Of a DNA stretch of 32,760 bases, positions 17,999 to 28,400 are shown one piece after another. The translations under genes and the position numbers were made by a program. The DNA is from Thraustochytrium aureum. Its lineage: Eukaryota. Each line of letters starts with the position of its first letter. Position 1 is the first letter of the stretch. The notes below the pieces were generated by a model. That model was not told the origin of the DNA. It ran no database searches and saw only the letters and a list, made by a program, of their open reading frames with translations. The stretch spans positions 18,272 to 51,031 of the forward strand of contig BLSG01000139.1 in NCBI GenBank assembly GCA_012862495.1, read 5' to 3'.

Positions 17999-20129
17999 GG
18001 TGATGTCGCTGTTGGGTTTTCCTTTTGGTGAAGCCTGCGGAGGTTTGGGGTTTGGCTCGCCGAGCAAAGTCCCAACCACTCAGGCTGCTCTACTCACCTT
18101 AGCTACCTTAGACTGCGAGGACGCACTCCATTCAGACTATACCTTGATAAGAGAGTACCCACTCTAGTAGTATGTGGCATCAATGTGGCATGCTGCGTTT
18201 GGCGCCATCATCCAAACCTTGCGATGATGCCGCAGTTTCGCGCAGCCTGCACTGTGCAGACACAAAAAGCAGGCATTTCATTCATCAATTTCCATGGGCT
18301 ATCCAGCCAGTGTCGCCACAAACTTGTCATGCGCAACCGCCCCATTCACGCGACTACACTCTGTAGGTACCGTTTGCTCTGCGAGCCACTCTGCGAGCCG
18401 CTTTGTTCGCGCGTGTTGAATTCCTGTCCTTGCTTGGGGCAATTGGGGGGCGCCGCAAATCGGGCAAGCGTCCATTTTCCGCGCAAAGGAAGGGCCAAAT
18501 CGTGCAAGGAGCGATGGAGCCGAGCAAGCGAGCGAGTAGTGAAGCGGAGCCGTTGCTGCTGGCAGGCCAAAACTTGGGGGGCCAAAGCCAGGACAGGCTT
18601 CGTCAGCCCAACGCTCACGCAGAGCACGCGCGGGTCACCTCGGCATCTATCCACGGGCACTCCAACGATGCGAAGAGTGCCGGCCCAATCCTGGCTTCAC
18701 AAGAAGCGGGCGCACGGCCAGGCCGCCTCGAGTCGCTCTCGATCCTGGGCGTGCGCAAGTCGGGGGTTGCATTTCTGCCACGGCGCACGGTGGCGTGCGC
18801 CCATTTTTTTGGTGTGAGCAGTCTCCATCCGAGACCTATCGCTGAACAACGATCAACTCGCGAGCAAAAGCAGGCACGCCAGCGGAACGAACAATGACTA
18901 GATCGGCGGGTGTGTCCGATCCGAAGTGCGGAACGCTCCGAGCCGCGGCACGTGCTCTCGCACGAAGGAGGGGCACAAGGAGCTGCGGGCAGGCCACGCA
19001 GCCGCGGTGGATCGAGAAAAGAAACGATGTTGCTCGAATGTACGTAGAGGCAAACTNNNNNNNNNNNNNNNNNNNNNNNNNNNNNNNNNNNNNNNNNNNN
19101 NNNNNNNNNNNNNNNNNNNNNNNNNNNNNNNNNNNNNNNNNNNNNNNNNNNNNNNNNNNNNNNNNNNNNNNNNNNNNNNNNNNNNNNNNNNNNNNNNNNN
19201 NNNNNNNNNNNNNNNNNNNNNNNNNNNNNNNNNNNNNNNNNNNNNNNNNNNNNNNNNNNNNNNNNNNNNNNNNNNNNNNNNNNNNNNNNNNNNNNNNNNN
19301 NNNNNNNNNNNNNNNNNNNNNNNNNNNNNNNNNNNNNNNNNNNNNNNNNNNNNNNNNNNNNNNNNNNNNNNNNNNNNNNNNNNNNNNNNNNNNNNNNNNN
19401 NNNNNNNNNNNNNNNNNNNNNNNNNNNNNNNNNNNNNNNNNNNNNNNNNNNNNNNNNNNNNNNNNNNNNNNNNNNNNNNNNNNNNNNNNNNNNNNNNNNN
19501 NNNNNNNNNNNNNNNNNNNNNNNNNNNNNNNNNNNNNNNNNNNNNNNNNNNNNNNNNNNNNNNNNNNNNNNNNNNNNNNNNNNNNNNNNNNNNNNNNNNN
19601 NNNNNNNNNNNNNNNNNNNNNNNNNNNNNNNNNNNNNNNNNNNNNNNNNNNNNNNNNNNNNNNNNNNNNNNNNNNNNNNNNNNNNNNNNNNNNNNNNNNN
19701 NNNNNNNNNNNNNNNNNNNNNNNNNNNNNNNNNNNNNNNNNNNNNNNNNNNNNNNNNNNNNNNNNNNNNNNNNNNNNNNNNNNNNNNNNNNNNNNNNNNN
19801 NNNNNNNNNNNNNNNNNNNNNNNNNNNNNNNNNNNNNNNNNNNNNNNNNNNNNNNNNNNNNNNNNNNNNNNNNNNNNNNNNNNNNNNNNNNNNNNNNNNN
19901 NNNNNNNNNNNNNNNNNNNNNNNNNNNNNNNNNNNNNNNNNNNNNNNNNNNNNNNNNNNNNNNNNNNNNNNNNNNNNNNNNNNNNNNNNNNNNNNNNNNN
20001 NNNNNNNTGTCCGTCGCCTGTCGGGGAAACCCACGGCTTGCGCGCCAGCGTCCGTGATCCACCGCCACGGTCCGATCCGCGGCGCGCCCTGGAGCAGAAC
20101 AGAGCGGTGACGTGGCGGCGACGGCGGCG

Positions 20130-20699
20130 ATGGCGACGCTGGCTGTTGGCGCTGGCGCAGCACGCAGCGCAGCCGCGCAGCTGACGGCGCGCAAGCAACG
20201 AGTTGCCACGATCGAGTCGACCTCCGGGGGGCTCGTCGGCGCCCAGCTGCTGGCCTGTCCCGGAGCCAGCAGGTTCTTCGTGAGCTCTCGCGTCGTGTAC
20301 AGCGGCCGCGGGTACCAGCAGCTCCTTCCGCAAGCCGTCCTGGCGCAGAGCGGCGTCCAGGACCGCGAACACAACTACGCAAACAGGTCAAATTATGTCG
20401 CGTCCAAACTCAAGTTTGTCAGCTGCGTGGCGCGCGAGATGCGAGAGCAGCTTCGCGCCGACTGGCTTGTTGTCGAGTCGGGGACGAGCGGGCCCGAGTT
20501 TTACGTTCCCGGCGTACAAGCAGGCTTCACGGCGATCGCGGTGGCAGGCCCTGGCGTCCATCACGTCCAAGTCTTCGAGACAGCGTCATCGGATCGAGCG
20601 GCCAATATGGTGGCTTTCACAGAGCGGGCTCTCGAGATTCTGGACGAGTGCTTGCGGCGCAGCGCCTCGGACGGGCCTCCGCCGACGGCCCGGCTCTAG
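20130..20699 (+). CDS. CinA/PncC-family (NMN deamidase-like) single-domain protein
   Basis: VATIESTSGGLVGAQLLACPGASRFFVSSRVVYS matches the CinA C-terminal motif (AESCTGG...PGAS...YS). Also ESGTSGP and a terminal R..N...F...AL..L helix. Confidence 0.82.
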   Translation: MATLAVGAGAARSAAAQLTARKQRVATIESTSGGLVGAQLLACPGASRFFVSSRVVYSGRGYQQLLPQAVLAQSGVQDREHNYANRSNYVASKLKFVSCVAREMREQLRADWLVVESGTSGPEFYVPGVQAGFTAIAVAGPGVHHVQVFETASSDRAANMVAFTERALEILDECLRRSASDGPPPTARL

Positions 20700-21050
20700 C
20701 GCCGGCCTTGACTTGAAAGGGTCTCATCTGATCTCATCTGATCTATCTCACTTGGTCTGCAAATAGAATGGCGTCCCAGCTGGTCGCTCCAGCTCGAACG
20801 GCAGGCAGGCAGGCAGCAGCCCATTCGCCGAGGCTTGCTTTTTGATTTGTTCATTTGTATAAAAAGTCGATGAAGTAGTGATCATTGTTTCTGACGAGGA
20901 GATGAGCCTTTCGCGCCCTCAAAGCGCGACGTCCATGTCCTGCACACAGATCAAGCAGCCGCAGAGGGCCCCAAAGCGATTGGGTCTGACAAGGAGCAGA
21001 AAATGCATTGTACACAGGTCTCCGGCGCGCTGCGCGCGGGAGCGGTTGAA

Positions 21051-21146
21051 GAGACGGCTGGCGCAGGTGCCGGCTGGACAAGAGACGGCTGGCGCAGGTG
21101 CCGGCTGGACGAGAGACGGCTGGCGCAGGTGCCGGCTGGACGAGAG
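21051..21146. repeat. 31-bp tandem repeat x3 (GAGACGGCTGGCGCAGGTGCCGGCTGGACRA)
   Basis: Copies start at 21051, 21082 and 21113, just past the stop codon of the SAM gene. Confidence 0.92.
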
Positions 21147-21162
21147 CAGACGCCGCTGTCTC

Positions 21163-22344
21163 TCAGAGGTTTGTCCTGTCCCCCAGCACATAGTCGCCAA
21201 ACCCAGCGTCTCCGCCCACGGCGTACGCGCTATGCCTGCTTGACGCGTCCGCGTCTGCAGAAGCAGAGCGGCGCACTGGCCTAGCCGTTGCCCCCTTGGC
21301 AGAGTACCTGTCCGAGCCAGAAGACGCGAAGGAGTTCTCCTTGGAGCTGCTCCAGCGCTTGGCCTTCAGCCCGGCGAGCTTGCGGATCGCCTTGAGAACA
21401 ACGATGGACTGGATCTCGGTCAGCTTCATAGTGCGCCGAAGCGCGTTTTGGTCGAGGTGGGCAAGCAGAGTCCCGTTGACGGCATGCTCACGAAACAGGT
21501 CGTTGAGGTGAGCGAGGTGAATGCTGTCCAGCCAGTCGTGGATCTCCGCGGGGCCCCAATCCAAGTAGGACGCCTGCGGGTCGACGGCAAATCCAAACTT
21601 GCGCGCTCGCTCCACCGCGTGCCATAGGCTTTCCAGGACGAGCTCAGACTCTCCCTGCTCGCCCACGAAGAGCCTGGCAGCAAACTCTGTCTTGCGCATG
21701 CTGAGCAGGACCCCGCCATGAACGGCGGCGTGCGTGAATCGAGGCACCAGCTGCTCGAGTCCGCGCAAGGCGAGCCAGCGCAGGACGCCGGCGTGGCTCC
21801 ACTCCCACTTGGTATAGTCGATCATCTGCATCTTGAGGTCTGCCAGCGCGTACCGGAGCGAGAGCTCGTGCAGCGGGTTGTTGAGCCCTAGGCAGCGCTC
21901 GAACTGGTCGCGCCGAAGCTCGAGCAGCGTGGGGCCGTCGACTCCGTTTTCCAGAAAGACCTGCTTGTACGCGTGCAGCCCGATGAGGTCGATCCACGAG
22001 CCGACCATGGGCGCCGTCCAGTACATGGCCTGGCTCTCCTGCAGCCGGCGCTGCGTCGGGAACGCCGCCCGAGGCTTGCCGCACGCGACCCCCATGGCGG
22101 CGCCGCGCTCCTGCCCCGCGCGCTCGTCCTTTCGGCGCACGTCGCTGGGGCCTGCTCGTCGCAAGGCGCCCTCTCTCTTGCGGTGGCGCGGTCGGTGTCG
22201 CCTCGGCTTGCGGGGGGCTGGCGCGCCGCACGCCGACAGAGCGTGACTGCCTGCAGATTGCCTGGCAGCGCGTGGGAATCGCGTGCGTGGTCGTCGCTGG
22301 ATGGACGCTCTTCCGCCCTGTTTTTGGGGCGCGCCTTGCTGCAT
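21163..22344 (-). CDS. Protein with three tandem SAM domains
   Basis: WTAPMVGSWIDLIGLHAYKQVFLENGVDGPTLLEL; WSHAGVLRWLALRGLEQLVPRFTHAAVHGGVLL; WGPAEIHDWLDSIHLAHLNDLFREHAVNGTLLAHL. Basic, low-complexity N-terminus; start uncertain. Confidence 0.85.
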   Translation of the reverse strand: MQQGAPQKQGGRASIQRRPRTRFPRAARQSAGSHALSACGAPAPRKPRRHRPRHRKREGALRRAGPSDVRRKDERAGQERGAAMGVACGKPRAAFPTQRRLQESQAMYWTAPMVGSWIDLIGLHAYKQVFLENGVDGPTLLELRRDQFERCLGLNNPLHELSLRYALADLKMQMIDYTKWEWSHAGVLRWLALRGLEQLVPRFTHAAVHGGVLLSMRKTEFAARLFVGEQGESELVLESLWHAVERARKFGFAVDPQASYLDWGPAEIHDWLDSIHLAHLNDLFREHAVNGTLLAHLDQNALRRTMKLTEIQSIVVLKAIRKLAGLKAKRWSSSKENSFASSGSDRYSAKGATARPVRRSASADADASSRHSAYAVGGDAGFGDYVLGDRTNL

Positions 22345-22731
22345 TGTTCTGGGTGAGCCGCTGGTGAGCGAATGTTACCGTTGCGCTGTTTCGCGTCGAG
22401 GACGTGGCGTGACGGAGCCCCCGTGCACGCCTCGCGTGACGCACGGTCAGGCGTGACGGAGGAGGTTTGGGGACTTGTGCGCGGCGCCGCTGAACCCTCC
22501 CTCGGTCGTCAGAACAAACAGCTCGCCGCCGGGGAAAGGAACAGTGCCACGCGCTCGCGCGTGCCAGCGTGGTTTCGAGGCGGGCGCCTGGAGCGCATGG
22601 GACAGTAAAAGGCAAATGGCATTGTTCACGGAGATCTGAGGGCGTATCTATGTATGTACATGCGTGGGCACGAACGGCAGGGCAGAGCAGGGCAAGGCAG
22701 GGCAGGGATTTGGGCTGTGGCGTCGGTCGAC

Positions 22732-23680
22732 TCAGTTGTCAGCAGCGATCTTGGCGCGCAGCGAGTCGCTGATCATAGAGTACGACATGAAGATGATGCC
22801 TTGGCCTGGCAGCACGCGGCACATACGGAGGGACCAAACCCTTGTAGAGCGACATGAAACCCTCCTCGCGGACCATCGTCGTCGCGCAGTGCACGACGCT
22901 CTTGTAGCGACTTGCCTCGAGGCCCTGCATGCGGCTCTTGATCGTGTCAATAGGCGTGTTTCCGAGCGCCCCCAAGCAGCCCGCGAGGCAGCCCCCGGCC
23001 AGCGCCTGAAGCGGGGTGAGCGACTGCTTGGTTGGGTTGTCGAGGATGACGTTCTTGTACTGGTTGAAGATGACGAAACGCAGGCCCTGGTTGCTGGCGC
23101 TCTTGGCGATTGTGGCGCCAAGGCCCTTGTACATGCCGCGGATGCCCTCCTGCTGCAGCACAAAGCGGACTCCTTCCACGATGCCCTTGTTGCTGTGAAT
23201 GAGGCGCGTCTTGACGGTCTCCATGGGGCAGACCACGAGCGTCGACTCGAGCACGCCGGCGCCCAGTCCGGCGAGGAGGCCAGCGCTCATGCTCACCTTG
23301 CCGTTCTCGTCCTGGAGGCGCTGGTTAAAGTACTCTAGCGTGGAGAAGCGCGCGACGCCCTGGAGCGGCGCGCCGATGAGCATCGGCGTGATGCCCTTGT
23401 AGATCGAGAGACCTTGCGTGCGCAAGTGGTTCATGATGTTGAAGTTGGGGTTGGCGCGGTTGAGCTGCAGCTGCGTCTTGCTGTACTCGAAGGGCCAGGT
23501 GGCGGTGATCTCGATGGCGGCGCTGGCGAAGCCTGCGATGGGAGCGACCATCTTCTCCTTCGTCGAGTTGGGCACGCGGCGGTGGAGCGAGAGAACGGAC
23601 TTTTCGACCACCTTGCGCGCTTGGTGCGCGGGCGCGCCGGAGGCGTTGCGCCGCAGCACGGTGTTGAGCTCGGTCGACAT
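22732..23680 (-). CDS. Mitochondrial carrier (SLC25), citrate/tricarboxylate-carrier-like; apparent +1 frame break near 22829
   Basis: Three Px[DE]xx[KR] signatures (PFEYSK, PMETVK, PIDTIK) and SNQGLRF, as in SLC25A1/Ctp1-type carriers. Removing one base in CCTCCGT restores KGLVPRMCRVLPGQGIIFMSY...AADN* (stop at 22732). Confidence 0.9.
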
Positions 23681-23691
23681 GGCTAGCTAGA

Positions 23692-23747
23692 GAGCTTGCT
23701 GGCGGCGAGCTTGCTGGCGGCGGGCTTGCCGGCGTCGAGCTTGCTGG
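23692..23747. repeat. 15-bp degenerate tandem repeat, about 4 copies (GAGCTTGCTGGCGGC)
   Basis: Copies start at 23692, 23707, 23722 (variant) and 23737 (partial), 11 bp from the carrier ATG. Confidence 0.82.
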
Positions 23748-25412
23748 TAAGCCTGGTCTGCAGCAAAGAGCGGAGTGGCGGCTTGCGATTGGGATTTGGG
23801 GACTGGAACACGACGGCAAGGTAGGTAGAGCAGCGAAGTAGGTTGGTCGGCTGCCGCTTCAGTCTTGTGCACGACGCAACATGGATACTCCACTGCCGCC
23901 TGCGGCAAGGAGGCGACAGCAGACACTCCAGGAGAAGAAGGGTCGCATGATGAAGCGCGAGCCGTCGCCGCTGCTTTTTCCCATGAGCCTTCGATTTCCC
24001 AAGTCCAAGTTTTCATTTACGTCCTCTCTGTTCTGTGTCGGAACAGCACCGCAGGTGGTTTCACCACTCCCTCTCACACGCGTTCATCGCATGGAGAGCA
24101 CCACCTTTTGTCTGCGACACCCGCCAGCACTGCGGAAGTGGACACACGAAACACTCTCTGGCAGCATCCAACGGTGGGTCATCACAGCAGTACTGAAAAT
24201 CCCGCTCGTCCATCGCGCGAGAGTGACCGTGACTCGGACTCGCGCTGCGCGCACCTGCGGGCGAAAGTGGGCCGGCCCGTTGCCTCACGGCGCAACTCCG
24301 CGGGTTTCGATGCTCCTTGCTGATTTCGTTGCTCGTGCCGTTCCGATTCCTCCGCGGGTTCTGAAACGCCAGAGATGCTCCTCCGACGCCACAAACTTCC
24401 GACCAGGGCATCATCAATCAATCAATCCACCCAAATCAGCGACTTTACCCGGCTTGAATGGACTCGGAGAGTCATCAAGGTGAAGGCAAAGCAGCAAAAG
24501 GAAGGAAAAGACACTACTNNNNNNNNNNNNNNNNNNNNNNNNNNNNNNNNNNNNNNNNNNNNNNNNNNNNNNNNNNNNNNNNNNNNNNNNNNNNNNNNNN
24601 NNNNNNNNNNNNNNNNNNNNNNNNNNNNNNNNNNNNNNNNNNNNNNNNNNNNNNNNNNNNNNNNNNNNNNNNNNNNNNNNNNNNNNNNNNNNNNNNNNNN
24701 NNNNNNNNNNNNNNNNNNNNNNNNNNNNNNNNNNNNNNNNNNNNNNNNNNNNNNNNNNNNNNNNNNNNNNNNNNNNNNNNNNNNNNNNNNNNNNNNNNNN
24801 NNNNNNNNNNNNNNNNNNNNNNNNNNNNNNNNNNNNNNNNNNNNNNNNNNNNNNNNNNNNNNNNNNNNNNNNNNNNNNNNNNNNNNNNNNNNNNNNNNNN
24901 NNNNNNNNNNNNNNNNNNNNNNNNNNNNNNNNNNNNNNNNNNNNNNNNNNNNNNNNNNNNNNNNNNNNNNNNNNNNNNNNNNNNNNNNNNNNNNNNNNNN
25001 NNNNNNNNNNNNNNNNNNNNNNNNNNNNNNNNNNNNNNNNNNNNNNNNNNNNNNNNNNNNNNNNNNNNNNNNNNNNNNNNNNNNNNNNNNNNNNNNNNNN
25101 NNNNNNNNNNNNNNNNNNNNNNNNNNNNNNNNNNNNNNNNNNNNNNNNNNNNNNNNNNNNNNNNNNNNNNNNNNNNNNNNNNNNNNNNNNNNNNNNNNNN
25201 NNNNNNNNNNNNNNNNNNNNNNNNNNNNNNNNNNNNNNNNNNNNNNNNNNNNNNNNNNNNNNNNNNNNNNNNNNNNNNNNNNNNNNNNNNNNNNNNNNNN
25301 NNNNNNNNNNNNNNNNNNNNNNNNNNNNNNNNNNNNNNNNNNNNNNNNNNNNNNNNNGCAATACCAGCTAGCTAGCTAGAGAGCGACGAGCATGCGCGCC
25401 GGAGCCAACCAG

Positions 25413-28400
25413 CTAGCTGGAGAGCGACCAGTGCAACACTGTGCGGTCGTTGCCGCCTGCAGAAACAAGCGCCTTGTCCCCAAGAAAGGCCACGTTGGTG
25501 ACGTGCGACGAGTGCCCCAAGCCTTTGCGCACCGCAGACTCGTCGCGCACTGCACAAGGATAGGGGTACAAACAGACCGCGCCGCTGTCGTCCCCCGAAG
25601 CTAGCATGCGGTGCCCACAAGCGACAACCGCGTTGACGTCGGTCCCGTCCGCGTCAGGCGGCCACACCCCCTCGGTCTCCCAGGTCAGCGAGCAGTTGGT
25701 CGTGGCCCACTCCACGTCCCTGAGCGCCGTGGCGCTCGTAAGCTGCTTCTTGGCTGTCACGTCGTAAAACAGAAGCTCGTATGAAGTGTCGTTGGTGCGA
25801 ATCACCTTCGAGTCCGCCGACCAGTCAACGTGCGTCACCGTGCCGCTCGAACTCTTCAGCACTGCCTTCTTCTTCAACGACGCTGTGTCGAGGATGTACA
25901 CGTTGGTGTCGTTCGAGCCCACCGCCAAGAGCGCCCCGTTCGGGCTGAACGCGATGCAGGTTGCCGCCTTGCCCTCGCGAGATTTCGCCGCCCGCGTTTT
26001 GCCAGTCTTGGCTGGGTTTTTGCTCCCTTCACTGGCCGCCTTGGCCCCTGCAGGGGCAGTGACGGCTTTGGTTTCAAGCGTCTCGGCGTCAAGGAGCGCC
26101 ACCACATTGTCCGGACCGGCCACCGCGAGCGTGGCGCCGTCCGGCGAGCAGGCCACGGCTCGTGCTGGACCCATTGCTAGCTTGGCCGAGCGCAACTCCT
26201 TGCGCTCCGTAGAACACCAGAGCTTGACGACCGCGTCGTCGCCGACAGAGGCGAGCTTGCCCTGCGAACCGACCGCGGTAAGACCCCACAGCTCGCCAGC
26301 AAAGTGGCTCCCAGCCACAACAGTCTCGCTGCGGAGGAGGTCCCCGTTCGCCAACGAGGCGAACGAGACCGTCACGGCCCGGATCGGGGCGCCGTGCTTC
26401 ACTGCGCGAGTGCGCTCAAGGGCGGCGCCGGATCCTACAGACCACACGACCAGGTCGCCGCTTTTGCTGCCGGACGTCAGCGTCTTGCTGGCTGCGTCAA
26501 AGCACAAGGCGTCCACAGGGCTGCCGCCGTGGCGTCGGCTCCCACCGCCGTCGTGCAGCGCCGTTCGGCGGCATCCCAGATCAACAGCGCGCCGGACTCT
26601 GCGCCAGTGACCAGAAACTCGCCGCCGATCCCGACCAGCGCGGCAGCGCACGGCAGGGTCTGCGCAGAGCCACCAGCTGCCTTGCCAAAGCGGCCCGGCT
26701 TGCCCTTCTTGTTGGGCTCCGCGGGATCCAAAAACGCCGCGTACCGCACTCCGCCAGTCACGAAGCGCTGCCCAGAGTGGACGGCAAACAGGCACACTTC
26801 CTTGTTGCCCTTTGCGCTGCCCAGCAGCTTGCCCGAGGCGGCCTCGTATATGGCCACCGAGTGGCTGTCGTCTGCGCCAACGGTCATGACCTGCGAGCCG
26901 TCCGTTGAGAAGGCGACTTGGCTGACAGCGCGCTGGTGGGAAAATTTGTCCAGCTTTGCCACCAGCTCACCCGAGGTGGTGTCCCAGACGCAGGCGAAGG
27001 GGCTCTTCCCCACCTGCCCCGTCACCGCTTGCGTCCCTGAGGCGTTGACGTCGATGCAAATCACGTCGTCCGTGTGACCCCTGAAGAACACTTGCTTGTG
27101 CGCGTCGACGTCAAAGACGACGCCGAGCCCCGCCGCCGGGTACAACGCGTGGCCCTTCACGCTCTCTCTGAGAGCGCCCCTTGCGCAATTCCGTCCGAAT
27201 GCCCAGTCAAGCTTTGGCTCGACACCGCCGAGGGGGCTGGGGGCCGGGGGCTTTGAGGGCGGGACGATGGCCCCCTTCCACGGCTTTACAGCCATGAACT
27301 CGTCACCGGCAGTTTCCAAGAAACTGAGCATGTGCTCGGAGCACCGCCGCGCGGGGCGCGGACTGGCGGCCTGTTCGCCGTGAACGCTGCCGAGCAAGCT
27401 GTCCAAAAGGTCCTCCGGGATACGAGAGCGCGTGGGCCGTGGTGCCGTCGGCTTGACGAGCTCGTCCGCGCCGTGCACCGGTCCCTCGTAGCACTTTAGC
27501 ATCTTGCCGTAAAGGAGCAGGACGTGCATCATGCGTGCCTGCTCTTTGCGGACGGCGTCCAGCTCAGAGGCGAGCGTGTCGTTTTCGTGCTGGAGCTCGC
27601 GGACCGCACCGGCTAGCATGCGAGCTACTACCGCCTGACCGGCCGCAGGCTTCGCTCGGCTGCCCAGTGGGCCGCCCGCGCCGGCACCAACCGAGCTGTC
27701 CGGCATCGCCTCGTCGCCTCCTCCCTCTGAGCCCTCCGCTGCGCCGAACAGCTGGTTCTCTGCAACCTCGGCCTCGGCGAGCTTGTCGAGCTCAGCCTTG
27801 TCGAGCAGACCGTCCCCCCCGCTGAAGACAGCAAAGGCATCTCGAGAAGGCTGCAGGCCTAGCTTGGCAAGCGCGACTTGCCATTGATCCCACGTGGCGG
27901 CTTGTGCTTTTGAGGCGAGGGCTGGCCGCAGGACCGCGACGAGATCGGCAACGGTGTGCCTTTGCGTGGCGAGCTGGGCTTTGAGCTCCTCTTTGTGCTG
28001 CTCAAACGCGCGAAAGCTGCTCAGCTGGGTTTTCGTCGCGGGCTTTGGCGCCGGCGCGGCAGAAAAGTCGACGAAAACGTACTTGCCGTTGTCCTCCTCC
28101 TCCTCCGCAATTAGCGAGCCGCCCTCCAGGGCGATGGGCTTGTCAGAGTACAGGTGCAAAAAGTAGGGGCCATCGCGCTTGTCATAGTAGATCGACGGGA
28201 CGCACACGTAGTTGCCCTTGGCCATGGTCGGGATGTCGAGGTCCACCGAGAGGTGCATCTTGTACGGGGCTTGGGCAATGCCCTGCGGGCCGCCCAGCTT
28301 GGAGCTCGAGCCGGGGATGAGGTCGGGCGGGTGCTCTGGCAGCGAGCCGCCCAGTGGATCCGCAGCGATGTGGAACCCGATGGGGTCCTGGAACTTGAAC

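Noticed and set aside
18035..18097. Possible 5' UTR intron of LPMO gene B (AAG|GTGAGT...CCGCAG)
   Set aside because: There is no frame constraint to test it, and an alternative acceptor exists.
18615..20391. Long ORFs spanning N gaps (also 1899-2885, 11955-12730, 13740-14412, 24375-25379, 29048-30578)
   Set aside because: Their length is an artefact of translating Ns.
11891..21146. Tandem repeats considered as CRISPR arrays
   Set aside because: Units are contiguous with no unique spacers, there are no cas genes, and the context is eukaryotic.
22732..23680. Carrier, IFT46 and calpain genes as pseudogenes
   Set aside because: Each has a single indel with conserved motifs on both sides and no in-frame stops or other decay.
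23750..24518. ORFs of 70-200 aa upstream of the carrier gene
   Set aside because: No recognisable motifs; expected by chance in GC-rich DNA.
25367..25380. Recurrent (TAGC)n runs (also near 2836 and 23683)
   Set aside because: Very short simple repeats with no evidence of function.
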